Both the position numbers and the translations under genes were made by a program. Below the pieces are notes generated by a model that did not search any database, was not told the origin of the DNA, and saw only the letters and a list, made by a program, of their open reading frames with translations. Shown in pieces: positions 19,404 to 28,270 of a stretch of 64,000 nucleotides of DNA. The stretch's first letter is position 1, and every line of letters starts with the position of its first letter. The stretch is from Thermodesulfobacteriota bacterium (GTDB lineage: Bacteria; Desulfobacterota; Binatia; Bin18): NCBI GenBank assembly GCA_964291405.2, contig OZ219926.1:2304001-2368000 (forward strand), written 5' to 3'.

Positions 19404-19648
19404 CACGATAGGTAGACACGGAGCAGGATGCAGGCCAAGGCGATACCCGCCACAATGAGAGCGGCTCGCATGAGCCGGGCAGTCAGGCGTTCGACCCGTT
19501 GCCATGCGGCGTGCGTTTCCGTGCCCCGGCGGAGCGCCCACACACTACCCGGCGGGATTTTGAGTCCATGCGTCAGCCGCCAGGCTTCCTCGCAATAGAC
19601 GTAGGTTCCTATTTCACTTGCGGTGACCCACTCGCCGTGTTTGGCCAT
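19403..19648 (-). CDS. Small protein resembling the N-terminal half of Cas4, with C-terminal TM helix
   Basis: TASEIGTYVYC...W and RGTETH motifs; TGATG overlap with the downstream gene. Confidence 0.7.
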   Translation of the reverse strand: MAKHGEWVTASEIGTYVYCEEAWRLTHGLKIPPGSVWALRRGTETHAAWQRVERLTARLMRAALIVAGIALACILLRVYLS

Positions 19649-19696
19649 AGGCGATCCGGTATGGAGACACGGAGGTGGTGAGACCGATGATCCACC

Positions 19697-19972
19697 TTAC
19701 GCTGAGTCCGTAGTCCCCGGGTGCATTTTCTCCATTAACCAGTCGTCATACGCGGTCGGACGGGGGACTTGGTGCCAGTCCATATGCTGACGCAGGGATT
19801 CGAGCGCGGCCCAAGCGTCATCAAGAAAGTCCGGCACGATCAGGAGCACAATAATGGCCTGGGTATTGTCGATCGTGCGGACAATGCCGAATTCTTCGTA
19901 GGACTCGATGACACATTTGATGAGCGCAATATCGGCCCGCTCAACCCGCAAATAAATATCGACCAGCTCCAT
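19697..19972 (-). CDS. Small conserved protein (DUF4911-like)
   Basis: IYLRV.RADIALIKCVIESYEEFGIVRTID pattern. Confidence 0.65.
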   Translation of the reverse strand: MELVDIYLRVERADIALIKCVIESYEEFGIVRTIDNTQAIIVLLIVPDFLDDAWAALESLRQHMDWHQVPRPTAYDDWLMEKMHPGTTDSA

Positions 19973-20010
19973 GTCCGCACCAGTACTGCGTGCACGGGCT
20001 GGAGTCAAGC

Positions 20011-20039
20011 TTGACGTGACACCGGCGGCCTACTAGAGT
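20011..20039 (+). promoter_or_regulatory. Sigma70-type promoter for the CoA-transferase pair
   Basis: TTGACG-N17-TAGAGT; back to back with TTGACT-N17-TACTGG on the minus strand. Confidence 0.5.
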
Positions 20040-20086
20040 CTGACTCTGCTGTGTCGGATCTATCCGGCCGGAAATAAGGAGGGAGT

Positions 20087-21292
20087 ATGCCGGGTGCCTT
20101 ATCAGGTTTTCGGATCATTGAATGTGGCGAGATGGTCTCCGCCGCCTACGCGAGTAAGCTCATGGCCGACATGGGCGCAGAAGTCATTAAGATTGAGTCG
20201 CCGCACGGGGGAGACACAGCCCGTCAGCGCGGTCCATTTCCAGGCGGAGAGCCACACACGGAAAAGAGCGGGCTGTATCTTTTCCTGAACACCAATAAAC
20301 GTGGGATCACGCTCGACCTGGAACAGACCCAGGGCCAGGAGGTCTTTCAGCGTCTTGTCAAAGACGCGGACCTGCTTATCCATAATGTCCATCCCAAGCA
20401 TATGCCGACCGTTGGTTTAGACTACGGTCGCCTGGCGGCCATCAATCCCGGCCTGGTCATGACCTCAATCACGCCTTTTGGTATCAGGGGACCGCATACG
20501 GAGTATGAGGCGTCTGACCTCACCCTGTGGAATGCGGGCGGGCTGTGCTTTCTGAACGGTGGGGGGCCGGGCACCGACCATCTCCCGCCGCTCAAGGCAT
20601 TTGGCCAGCAGTCCGGGTTTACGGCTGGGGTGCACGCCGCGGTTGCGTCGCTCGGCGCACTGTTTGCCGGACTGCGCGGCGGGTTGGGCCAGCACGTCGA
20701 GTTCTCTGTCCAGGAGTGCCTGATGGGCATCTCGGAGTTCGGCACTATGATGGCCTCCTACGCCGGTGTAGCGGTAACGCGGCTGGGGCATAAACCAATC
20801 CAGCCGCTGGATCTGTTGGAATGCAAAGACGGCTGGATCTTCATCTGCTGTGTGGAGGAGCATCACTGGCACTCGTTTGTGGATCTGATGGACAACCCGG
20901 AGTGGGCCGCCGAGCCTCTCTTCGAGGATCGACTGAAGCGGGGCGAGAGTTGGGACGCGCTCAAACTGCTCATCCAGGACTGGGTCAAGGATTTCACGGT
21001 CCAGGACTTGTATCTCAAGGCGCAGGCGCGCCGGATTCCCTTTGCTCCGGTCTCAACCATGGGCTATTTGTTGAACTCCGACCACCTCAACGCCCGCGGC
21101 TTTTTTGTCCAACTCGATCATCCCGAAGCGGGCAGCCTGACCTATCCGGGCGCACCCCATATCTGCTCGGAAACACCGTGGGAACTGCGTCGTCCGGCTC
21201 CGTGTTTGGGACAGCATAACACCGAGGTCTATACCGAACTCGGCATGACCGCCCAGGACCTGGCTACGTTGCAGCGAGCCGGTGCCGTCTAG
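20087..21292 (+). CDS. Family III CoA-transferase, BbsE-like subunit
   Basis: MADMGAEVIKIE, NTNKRGITLDL, TPFG, LGQHN. Confidence 0.92.
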   Translation: MPGALSGFRIIECGEMVSAAYASKLMADMGAEVIKIESPHGGDTARQRGPFPGGEPHTEKSGLYLFLNTNKRGITLDLEQTQGQEVFQRLVKDADLLIHNVHPKHMPTVGLDYGRLAAINPGLVMTSITPFGIRGPHTEYEASDLTLWNAGGLCFLNGGGPGTDHLPPLKAFGQQSGFTAGVHAAVASLGALFAGLRGGLGQHVEFSVQECLMGISEFGTMMASYAGVAVTRLGHKPIQPLDLLECKDGWIFICCVEEHHWHSFVDLMDNPEWAAEPLFEDRLKRGESWDALKLLIQDWVKDFTVQDLYLKAQARRIPFAPVSTMGYLLNSDHLNARGFFVQLDHPEAGSLTYPGAPHICSETPWELRRPAPCLGQHNTEVYTELGMTAQDLATLQRAGAV

Positions 21293-21315
21293 GAAGAAGG
21301 CAAAAGGAGAAGATC

Positions 21316-22530
21316 ATGAGCCGACCACCGTTGGATGGAATCCGTGTTGCTGACTTTTGCTGGGCCTGGGCCGGCCCCTATGGTGCCCTGCAACTGGCCC
21401 ACCTGGGCGCGGACGTCATTCGGATCGAAAGCGCAAAGCGCTTATGTCCGTCGCGCCTTATTCCGCCCTGGCCGGACAACGAATCGGGCGTGAACCGGGC
21501 GGGCTATTTTAACCAGTACAATCAGGGGAAGCGTTCCCTCACCCTGGACCTGAAAGCCCCGGAAGCCATTGATATTGCGAAAACGCTAGTCTCAAAAAGC
21601 GATATCGTCATGAATAATTTTGCCTCTGGGGTGATGGAAAAACTCGGGGTGGGCTACGACGTCCTGCGCCGCATCAAGCCCGACATCATCATGGTCTCTC
21701 TCCCCGGCTATGGAACGAGCGGACCGGAAAAAGACTTTGTGTCCTACGGCCCACCGCAGGTCGCCCAGAGCGGCCTGTCGGCCTTGACCGGCTATGTCGG
21801 CGGGCCGCCCATGATGGCCGGTTTTTCCTACGGCGACCCCAACGGCGGTGTCCATGCCACGTTTGCCGTCATGGCTGCCTTGCTCCACCGTGAAAAAACC
21901 GGCCAGGGCCAGTACATCGATCTCTCCCAATGGGAGGCGGCGATCATGCTATTGCCCGAAGCCCTCATGGACTACAGCATGAACGGCACCCAGCCCGAAC
22001 GGATGGGCAATCGCGACCCTCATATGGCACCCCACGGCGTCTTTCGCTCCAAAGGTGACGACCGATGGGTAAGTCTGTCGGTTCGAGACGAGGCAGAATG
22101 GCAACGCTTGTGTGAGGTCATGGGCCAACCCGAGCTCAGCTCGGACGCGCGTTTCACCACCCTTGCCGCACGGAAGGAAAATGAGGCGGCCCTGGAAGAA
22201 ATCGTCACGGCCTGGACTCAGGAGCGCACGGCGGACGAGGCCACCCAGGCGCTGCAGAACGCCGGCATTCCCGCCTATCCGGCGCTTGACGCGATTGACA
22301 TGGTCAACAACCCGCACGTTGGCGCGCGGGATTATTTTGTGGAACTGGAACACCCGGAGGTGGGCACCCGCCGGCATATGGGCATACCCTGGACCATGTC
22401 CCGCACACCGTGTGAGATACGGCGTCCGGCTCCTTGCCTGGGCCAGGATACGGATACAGTCCTGACCGATATAGTCGGCCTGAGTCAGGACGAGATCGCT
22501 GCGCTTCGAGAAAAGGATATCCTGACCTAG
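21316..22530 (+). CDS. Family III CoA-transferase, BbsF-like subunit
   Basis: DFCWAWAGP, NQGKRS, SYGDPNGG, APHGVF. Confidence 0.92.
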   Translation: MSRPPLDGIRVADFCWAWAGPYGALQLAHLGADVIRIESAKRLCPSRLIPPWPDNESGVNRAGYFNQYNQGKRSLTLDLKAPEAIDIAKTLVSKSDIVMNNFASGVMEKLGVGYDVLRRIKPDIIMVSLPGYGTSGPEKDFVSYGPPQVAQSGLSALTGYVGGPPMMAGFSYGDPNGGVHATFAVMAALLHREKTGQGQYIDLSQWEAAIMLLPEALMDYSMNGTQPERMGNRDPHMAPHGVFRSKGDDRWVSLSVRDEAEWQRLCEVMGQPELSSDARFTTLAARKENEAALEEIVTAWTQERTADEATQALQNAGIPAYPALDAIDMVNNPHVGARDYFVELEHPEVGTRRHMGIPWTMSRTPCEIRRPAPCLGQDTDTVLTDIVGLSQDEIAALREKDILT

Positions 22531-22568
22531 ATAGGGAGGAGGGTGGACCGGCTGCGCAAAGCGTCATC

Positions 22569-22623
22569 AAAGAGTAAACGTGTCCAGCAGTTTGATATCA
22601 ATTGGAGGATACGTTTACTCTTT
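22569..22623 (+). repeat. Palindromic element family A between convergent genes
   Basis: AAAGAGTAAACGTGTCC...GGATACGTTTACTCTTT. Confidence 0.92.
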
Positions 22624-22639
22624 CAGTCCGTCCCCTGTT

Positions 22640-23749
22640 TTATAATCCGTACAAACGCCGCGCATTCTCATAGGTAATCTTGCGCTTGACCTCGGCGGGA
22701 ATGCCGGCAAAATTCTGCTCTATCACCGCCCGCGAGCGCGGCCAGGTTGAGGCGCGATGGGGGAAATCCGAGGCCCACATCAGATTGTCCGCGCCGCTCA
22801 GGTCATAGGTCCTCACCCCGGCCCGGTCGTCTTGAAAGGTGGCATAGATCTGCCGTTTGAAATACTCGCTAGGCAGAAGGGCATTCGGAGTTGGGTCCAC
22901 ATACTTGAGCGTTTCGGACGAGATGTCCAGACGACTCAAATAATGAGCGATCCAGCCAATATCGTTTTCTGCGGAAACCAGCTTCAGCCTGGGAAAACGT
23001 TCGCACACGCCGTTGTAAATCAGGTCGGTCAACGAGTTTTGGACCTCGTGAATAATAGACATATTTGAGGCGACCCGTCCCTTCTTGAGCCGGATGTTTT
23101 GCTTACCAGTAAGAATATGCAGGCTCACCGGCAGGTCTAAATCCTGAGCGGCCGCCCAGAACGTATCAAAGGAGGTATCGCTGTAGGGCACCTCCCGGGG
23201 AGAGGTCGCGTTAATCATGATCCCGCGCAATCCCTTATTGGCAATGCGCTGTAACTCGCCTACGGCCTGCTCGACATCCTGCATGGCAATCAGCCCCAAA
23301 CCAATCAGGCGCTGGGGGGCGTGACTGACAAATTCGGCTATCCAGTCGTTATAGGCCCGGAAGCACGCCCACTGAAGGTTGGCGTCTTTGAGGTGGAAGA
23401 GGAACATGCCGAGGGTCGTGTACAGCACTTCTCCCTCGACCCCGTCGATATCCTGATCCTTGAGCCGTTCGACCGGGTCCCAACCGCTCGGACGTGCCTG
23501 CTCGTAGCCGACGTTCTGATTGGTCGCCAAGTCTTTGGGGTCCTTGCCCGCGGCAAACCCGCCACCCACGGGAAAGGGGACGAGGCCTTCCGCAACAAAA
23601 AAGCTGCCCTGCTTGTCTTGATAGTCCTTGATGACGCGCGGCGCCCGATCTCGAAAGCCCCGGTCTACGCGTTGCACCCAGAGATCCGCAGGCTCTATGG
23701 TGTGCGAGTCTGCCGAAAAAATCGTGCTTGGTGTTGCATCCTGTGCCAT
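22640..23749 (-). CDS. Amidohydrolase_2 family protein
   Basis: SADSH, AYNDW, SLH, WASDFPH, NARRLYGL. Confidence 0.9.
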   Translation of the reverse strand: MAQDATPSTIFSADSHTIEPADLWVQRVDRGFRDRAPRVIKDYQDKQGSFFVAEGLVPFPVGGGFAAGKDPKDLATNQNVGYEQARPSGWDPVERLKDQDIDGVEGEVLYTTLGMFLFHLKDANLQWACFRAYNDWIAEFVSHAPQRLIGLGLIAMQDVEQAVGELQRIANKGLRGIMINATSPREVPYSDTSFDTFWAAAQDLDLPVSLHILTGKQNIRLKKGRVASNMSIIHEVQNSLTDLIYNGVCERFPRLKLVSAENDIGWIAHYLSRLDISSETLKYVDPTPNALLPSEYFKRQIYATFQDDRAGVRTYDLSGADNLMWASDFPHRASTWPRSRAVIEQNFAGIPAEVKRKITYENARRLYGL

Positions 23750-23918
23750 ACTGTCTCCCTTCCTTTGTAGCCGCAATTATCCTGCGGTTGGCTGGGAAAT
23801 GTCAATCCGACCGAACTGTTCTAGGGGCATTCCGCTCGCCCGGTGGCATGGGGTGTATAGACACACGGGTGAACGATAGAATCTGCCCCTGAATCTATTG
23901 AGGGAGTGGGAGATTCCC

Positions 23919-24896
23919 ATGCGTTATATCATCTACGGGGCGGGCGGCATCGGCGGGGCCATTGGGGCACGGCTGTTTCAGCATATCCATGAAGTTATTC
24001 TGATCTGCCGGGGTGAGCACTTACAGGCCATCCAATCCAAAGGCTTGATATTGAAGACCCCCAGGGAGACGCTCCAACTCACAATCCGTGCGGTCGGCCA
24101 TCCCGAAGAGATCGCGTTTAGCCCGGATGATGTGGTGTTGCTGACGATGAAGTCCCAGGACACGGAAATGGCGCTGCGCGACCTTGAGCGCGCAGGAGGC
24201 CGGGACCTTGCCGTCGTCTGCGGTCAGAACGGAGTGGACAATGAACGCCTGGCCATCCGTCGATTTGCACATGTCTACGGTATGGTTGTCTGGATGCCAG
24301 CCACCTATCTGGAGCCGGGGCTGGTGCTGAATCATGCCGAGCCCGTTGGTGGTATTCTGGATGCCGGGCGCTACCCCAACGGGGTTGATCCGCTCATCAC
24401 CCAGGTGACGCAAGATTTGACCAATTGTGGCTTTAGTGCCACGCCTGACCGCAATATTATGCGCTGGAAATACACCAAGCTGCTGAGTAATGTACGCAAC
24501 GCCTTTCAGGCGGCGTGCGGATTTGAGGCGCGCTCGCGGAAAATTATTCGAGCGCTCCGCGCCGAAGCCCTGGCCTGCTACCAGGCCGCGGGTATTGAGT
24601 TTGTGCCCGAGGATGAATTACAAGCGCGGGTACGATCCCAGATTAAGCTCGCCGATATTGAGGGCCACCCCCGGACCGGCGGTTCGTCGTGGCAGAGCCT
24701 GATACGTGGCTTGCCCACGATCGAGACTGACTTTTTGAACGGCGAGATTGTCATGCTAGGCAGACTCCACGGTATTCCCACTCCCTGTAACGCCCTGCTT
24801 CAACACGTTGTCAATGATATGGCACGAACCGGCCAGAAGCCGGGCAGCATGACCGTTGCAGACCTGGAACGCCAGCTTGATGAGATCGGCAGCTAG
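23919..24896 (+). CDS. Ketopantoate reductase family (PanE/ApbA) oxidoreductase
   Basis: GAGGIG, KS, QNG, KYTKLLSN, SSWQS, ETDFLNGEI. Confidence 0.88.
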   Translation: MRYIIYGAGGIGGAIGARLFQHIHEVILICRGEHLQAIQSKGLILKTPRETLQLTIRAVGHPEEIAFSPDDVVLLTMKSQDTEMALRDLERAGGRDLAVVCGQNGVDNERLAIRRFAHVYGMVVWMPATYLEPGLVLNHAEPVGGILDAGRYPNGVDPLITQVTQDLTNCGFSATPDRNIMRWKYTKLLSNVRNAFQAACGFEARSRKIIRALRAEALACYQAAGIEFVPEDELQARVRSQIKLADIEGHPRTGGSSWQSLIRGLPTIETDFLNGEIVMLGRLHGIPTPCNALLQHVVNDMARTGQKPGSMTVADLERQLDEIGS

Positions 24897-24949
24897 GCTC
24901 TCGCGTCGGAGACGTTCTGTCTTCCGCACAGATCGGGTATAGTAGCGCC

Positions 24950-26686
24950 ATGCCGTTTTTATTTGAGTCCAGCCTGCCCGCGTGGATGACGTTTACCGCC
25001 GGTGAGGTTCCCATCGTCCTGGTCGCTCCGCACGGCGGTCGCCGCCCGGCTGACGCCCCGATTATCGATAGTATCAAGGTCAACGATCTGTATACGGCCG
25101 AACTCACTCACGACTTAGCCACGCAAACCCGGAGCTATGCACTGATCAACCACACCCACGACCGCAACGAGTTGGACTTGAACCGTGTGAGCCAAGTCAA
25201 ACAGGAGGCACCGTGGTTTCTCACTGCCCTAGTCGAACTCCTGTCAGCGCTGACAGCGCAGCATGACTCGGTGCGCGTCTTTTTTATTCATGGTTGGAAC
25301 GTGGTCCAGCCCGTGTGCGATGTAGGGATTGGACTCCGCCAACGCGCGAACAAACTGATGCAGGCGGGCAAGGGGGAGCCGACGCTGGATGTGTCGTTCT
25401 TTTCTGATGTCGTACTCCCCTTTTGTGAAGCTGCCCAGGAACAGCAGATCGATGTGGCGATTGGACGGCGCTATGCCGCGGCAGCCAAAAATAATTTTAT
25501 GCAGGTCTTCAGCGCACGTTTTCTGCACGACGATTCTCCGCAGATACGAACGCTGGCCGAGCTGTCCGAACAGGGGAAAATTAACGCCGCTCAGTTGGAA
25601 CTTGGTGTGGGGCTGCGTTGGCCCGGACCAGAGCGAGATCGCTTTGTCCGCGTCTTTTGCCATACCTTGGGCAATTCTCTACAGAATGGCGCCGTGCCTG
25701 ATCGGAAGGGCGACCGCGACTTTTCTGCGTGTTCTTTTCTTAAGGCTTTGCCGACAGAGGATACAACGCCGTACGATTCTTTACTGCCTGAGACCTGGGA
25801 GCGCGAGCCTGCCCGCTTGGCCTTGCACTTTCACGATCCGATGAGCGGGTTAGGAGTGATGGGTGGCGTAGAATTTGATCCTGGGGCATCTGTCCATTCC
25901 GGACGCCTACTCCTCTCCCTTGGCGGGACGGAGATGGTGCTCTTTACCGGTGAAGACAGGCGCGGACCGGACCGCGGCCACGTGCAGATCGGGCAGTACG
26001 AGTGGCGGCGGCAGCCGAGGGGACTCTCTATCAGCTACCGGGGAACGCTCATGCGCTTTGCCCATCCCCAGGCATTCATTCGGCTCGAAGACGGGTTGGC
26101 CGCTTCCTGGATAGAACCGGCTGAAGTGGACCTGCAGTTATTGTTTCCTGCAGTGAATTCCAGCCGTCCGGCCCTTATTCAGCTGTGTCAACTCCAGGGA
26201 AGCGTGGCTTTTCCGGATCGCGAGTATACAGTCAACGCCTGGGGCTTTGTTGACGTGCTCAGACCTGACGAAACTGACCGCCTCCTGCCGCGTCGTTTGT
26301 TGTCATTGCCCTTTGGGTCTGACTTGGGGATTTTCCTGGCCCGCGCTGAAACTCCTGATGGACCGCATTCTTCCGGCATTGTCTATCAACACGGCAATCC
26401 ACAGCCGCTGAGCCCCGGAGACTGGAAGCTTGAATACGCCTTCGAGCATGGCCGCCCCACCCGTTTCTCGGTCTCCTTCTCGTCCTCTGCCCCGCTGTCG
26501 CTTGAGTGCCAGGGAGAAACCCTGACGGCTATTCCCATTGTGCGCCATACGCATGATGGGCCGGCCCTGGCGGTCACCTTTGGTCTGTCCCGGACCGTGT
26601 GGCAGGGACGGGAGGCGTATGGCATCTATGAATTCTCCGAATATCTGAAGGATGCGTCAGCGCGGGTCGAGTCACCCGGAGCGTGA
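24950..26686 (+). CDS. Two-domain hypothetical protein (N-formylglutamate amidohydrolase-like N-terminus, beta-rich C-terminus)
   Basis: LVAPHGG, NDLYT, IHG, QLELG in the N-half; long ORF with typical codon use. Confidence 0.6.
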   Translation: MPFLFESSLPAWMTFTAGEVPIVLVAPHGGRRPADAPIIDSIKVNDLYTAELTHDLATQTRSYALINHTHDRNELDLNRVSQVKQEAPWFLTALVELLSALTAQHDSVRVFFIHGWNVVQPVCDVGIGLRQRANKLMQAGKGEPTLDVSFFSDVVLPFCEAAQEQQIDVAIGRRYAAAAKNNFMQVFSARFLHDDSPQIRTLAELSEQGKINAAQLELGVGLRWPGPERDRFVRVFCHTLGNSLQNGAVPDRKGDRDFSACSFLKALPTEDTTPYDSLLPETWEREPARLALHFHDPMSGLGVMGGVEFDPGASVHSGRLLLSLGGTEMVLFTGEDRRGPDRGHVQIGQYEWRRQPRGLSISYRGTLMRFAHPQAFIRLEDGLAASWIEPAEVDLQLLFPAVNSSRPALIQLCQLQGSVAFPDREYTVNAWGFVDVLRPDETDRLLPRRLLSLPFGSDLGIFLARAETPDGPHSSGIVYQHGNPQPLSPGDWKLEYAFEHGRPTRFSVSFSSSAPLSLECQGETLTAIPIVRHTHDGPALAVTFGLSRTVWQGREAYGIYEFSEYLKDASARVESPGA

Positions 26687-26771
26687 CTCCCACGTGTTAA
26701 CGCATTGACCGAGCCGGGTGCGGAACATCAAGAGGAGAGCGGGAAGGACATCCCGCCCATCGCTCTACCGT

Positions 26772-27701
26772 TTACACAATAGCTTGGAGAACCCGGTCCG
26801 AAGACTCTGGAGCCTGCTGGGCTGGCTTGTCTTTGAGAAAATCAATAAACTTTTGTGTCGCCTGGGTAAAACGACGACCCCGCTTGGAAATAAGGCCGAG
26901 TGGACGCATCAGGACTTCGCCGGAAAACTGGACAACCTTGAGGGTCTCATTCTTGACCTCAAGAGAAACGGTAGGCTCGGGGACAATGGCGATCCCCACG
27001 TCTATTTCGACCGCGCGTTTGATCGTTTCGACATTATCCATTTCCATCATGTATTGGACTTTGATCCCGTGCCGCCGGAAAAGACGATCAAGCGCCCGAC
27101 GCGTTGGAATATCACGTTCAAAACCGATAAATTGCTCGCCGTCGAGCTTCTTGATATTGATACGCCGGAGTGAGGCAAAGCGATGTTGCGGGGCGCAAAT
27201 CAAGACCAGCCGGTCCTCCCGGAACGGGGTGAGTCGAATCTGGGGCCGCTTACTCGGATAGGCGACAATACCTAGATCAATATCGCCGCGACTGACATCT
27301 TCATAGATTTTGTTGACGCGGGTATATTCCAGGTGGATATTGACATCGGGAAATGTCTGCAGATAGCGCTTGAGTGGCGAAGAGAGCTCATAGAGTCCGA
27401 CACTATAGACCGTAGCTACCCGCACAGTGCCCGCAACCGAACGTGAGAGGGTCAGGATGCCGTCTTCGATTTCACGATACTTCTGCACAATCTCCTTGCC
27501 CGCCTCATACAAGACCTTACCCGCCTGTGTCAGGCGCACATTTCCTTTCGAGCGTTCCACAAGTTCTCTGCCGTAGCGTTCTTCTAAGCCGCGAATCTGC
27601 TGACTGACCGCAGATTGGGTGATAAAATTTTTTGAGGAGGCGAGCGAGAAGCTACCCGTCTCAGCAAGATCACAAAAAACCTTGAGTGTTTCAATATGCA
27701 T
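26772..27701 (-). CDS. LysR-family transcriptional regulator
   Basis: GSFSLA...TQSAVSQQIRGLE HTH; substrate-binding domain. Confidence 0.95.
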   Translation of the reverse strand: MHIETLKVFCDLAETGSFSLASSKNFITQSAVSQQIRGLEERYGRELVERSKGNVRLTQAGKVLYEAGKEIVQKYREIEDGILTLSRSVAGTVRVATVYSVGLYELSSPLKRYLQTFPDVNIHLEYTRVNKIYEDVSRGDIDLGIVAYPSKRPQIRLTPFREDRLVLICAPQHRFASLRRINIKKLDGEQFIGFERDIPTRRALDRLFRRHGIKVQYMMEMDNVETIKRAVEIDVGIAIVPEPTVSLEVKNETLKVVQFSGEVLMRPLGLISKRGRRFTQATQKFIDFLKDKPAQQAPESSDRVLQAIV

Positions 27702-27818
27702 GATTACTAATAATTGAAAGAAGATTTTTTCACTTTACTTATAGATGAATTTTCGCTATTTTTCCACCCTCACAGACAATCATCATCACCGATTAATCTT
27801 TTGCGGAGGAGAGGCTCT

Positions 27819-28190
27819 ATGTTTGAACCAGACACCCTCTTACCCGAGCAGTATTTTACCTTGCTCGGGCGTAAACCCCTACAGGGTGAGAAACGACTTC
27901 TGCTCGCTATGCTAGAGGATGCCGTTCATTGTTTCCAGACCTATTTGCTGGCAAAAAAGCCCCACGAGCGGCGACTCTTTCAGGAGGCCGAAGAGTGGAT
28001 TATTTCCACTGATGGCCTCTGGTTCTTCTCTTTTGAAAATATCTGCGACGTGCTGGGTATCAATCCGGGCAGGATGCGTGAAGCGCTCAAGGCGTGGAAA
28101 GAGGAGCAAACGCTCCGCTACGCACAGCACGGCGAAGCCCTGGTTGATGTCGCTCTCAGCGTGGAGATTCCTGCCCGCGCCGACATCTAA
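27819..28190 (+). CDS. Small conserved hypothetical protein with possible C-terminal HTH
   Basis: GGAGGAG RBS; EKRLLLAMLEDA, FSFENICDVLGINP. Confidence 0.7.
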   Translation: MFEPDTLLPEQYFTLLGRKPLQGEKRLLLAMLEDAVHCFQTYLLAKKPHERRLFQEAEEWIISTDGLWFFSFENICDVLGINPGRMREALKAWKEEQTLRYAQHGEALVDVALSVEIPARADI

Positions 28191-28215
28191 TCTCCTACAG
28201 TCTGACATAGCAGCG

Positions 28216-28248
28216 GATGGGGAAGGCCTCACGTTCAGGCTTTCCCCG
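28216..28248. terminator. Hairpin between convergent genes
   Basis: GGGGAAGGCCT-loop-AGGCTTTCCCC. Confidence 0.45.
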
Positions 28249-28270
28249 CTCCCGTCACCGCCTCAATTGC

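Noticed and set aside
25684-25727. Possible degenerate palindrome in the linker of the 578-aa protein, and a similar one at about 44284-44331
   Set aside because: The arms are too imperfect to assign to a family by eye.
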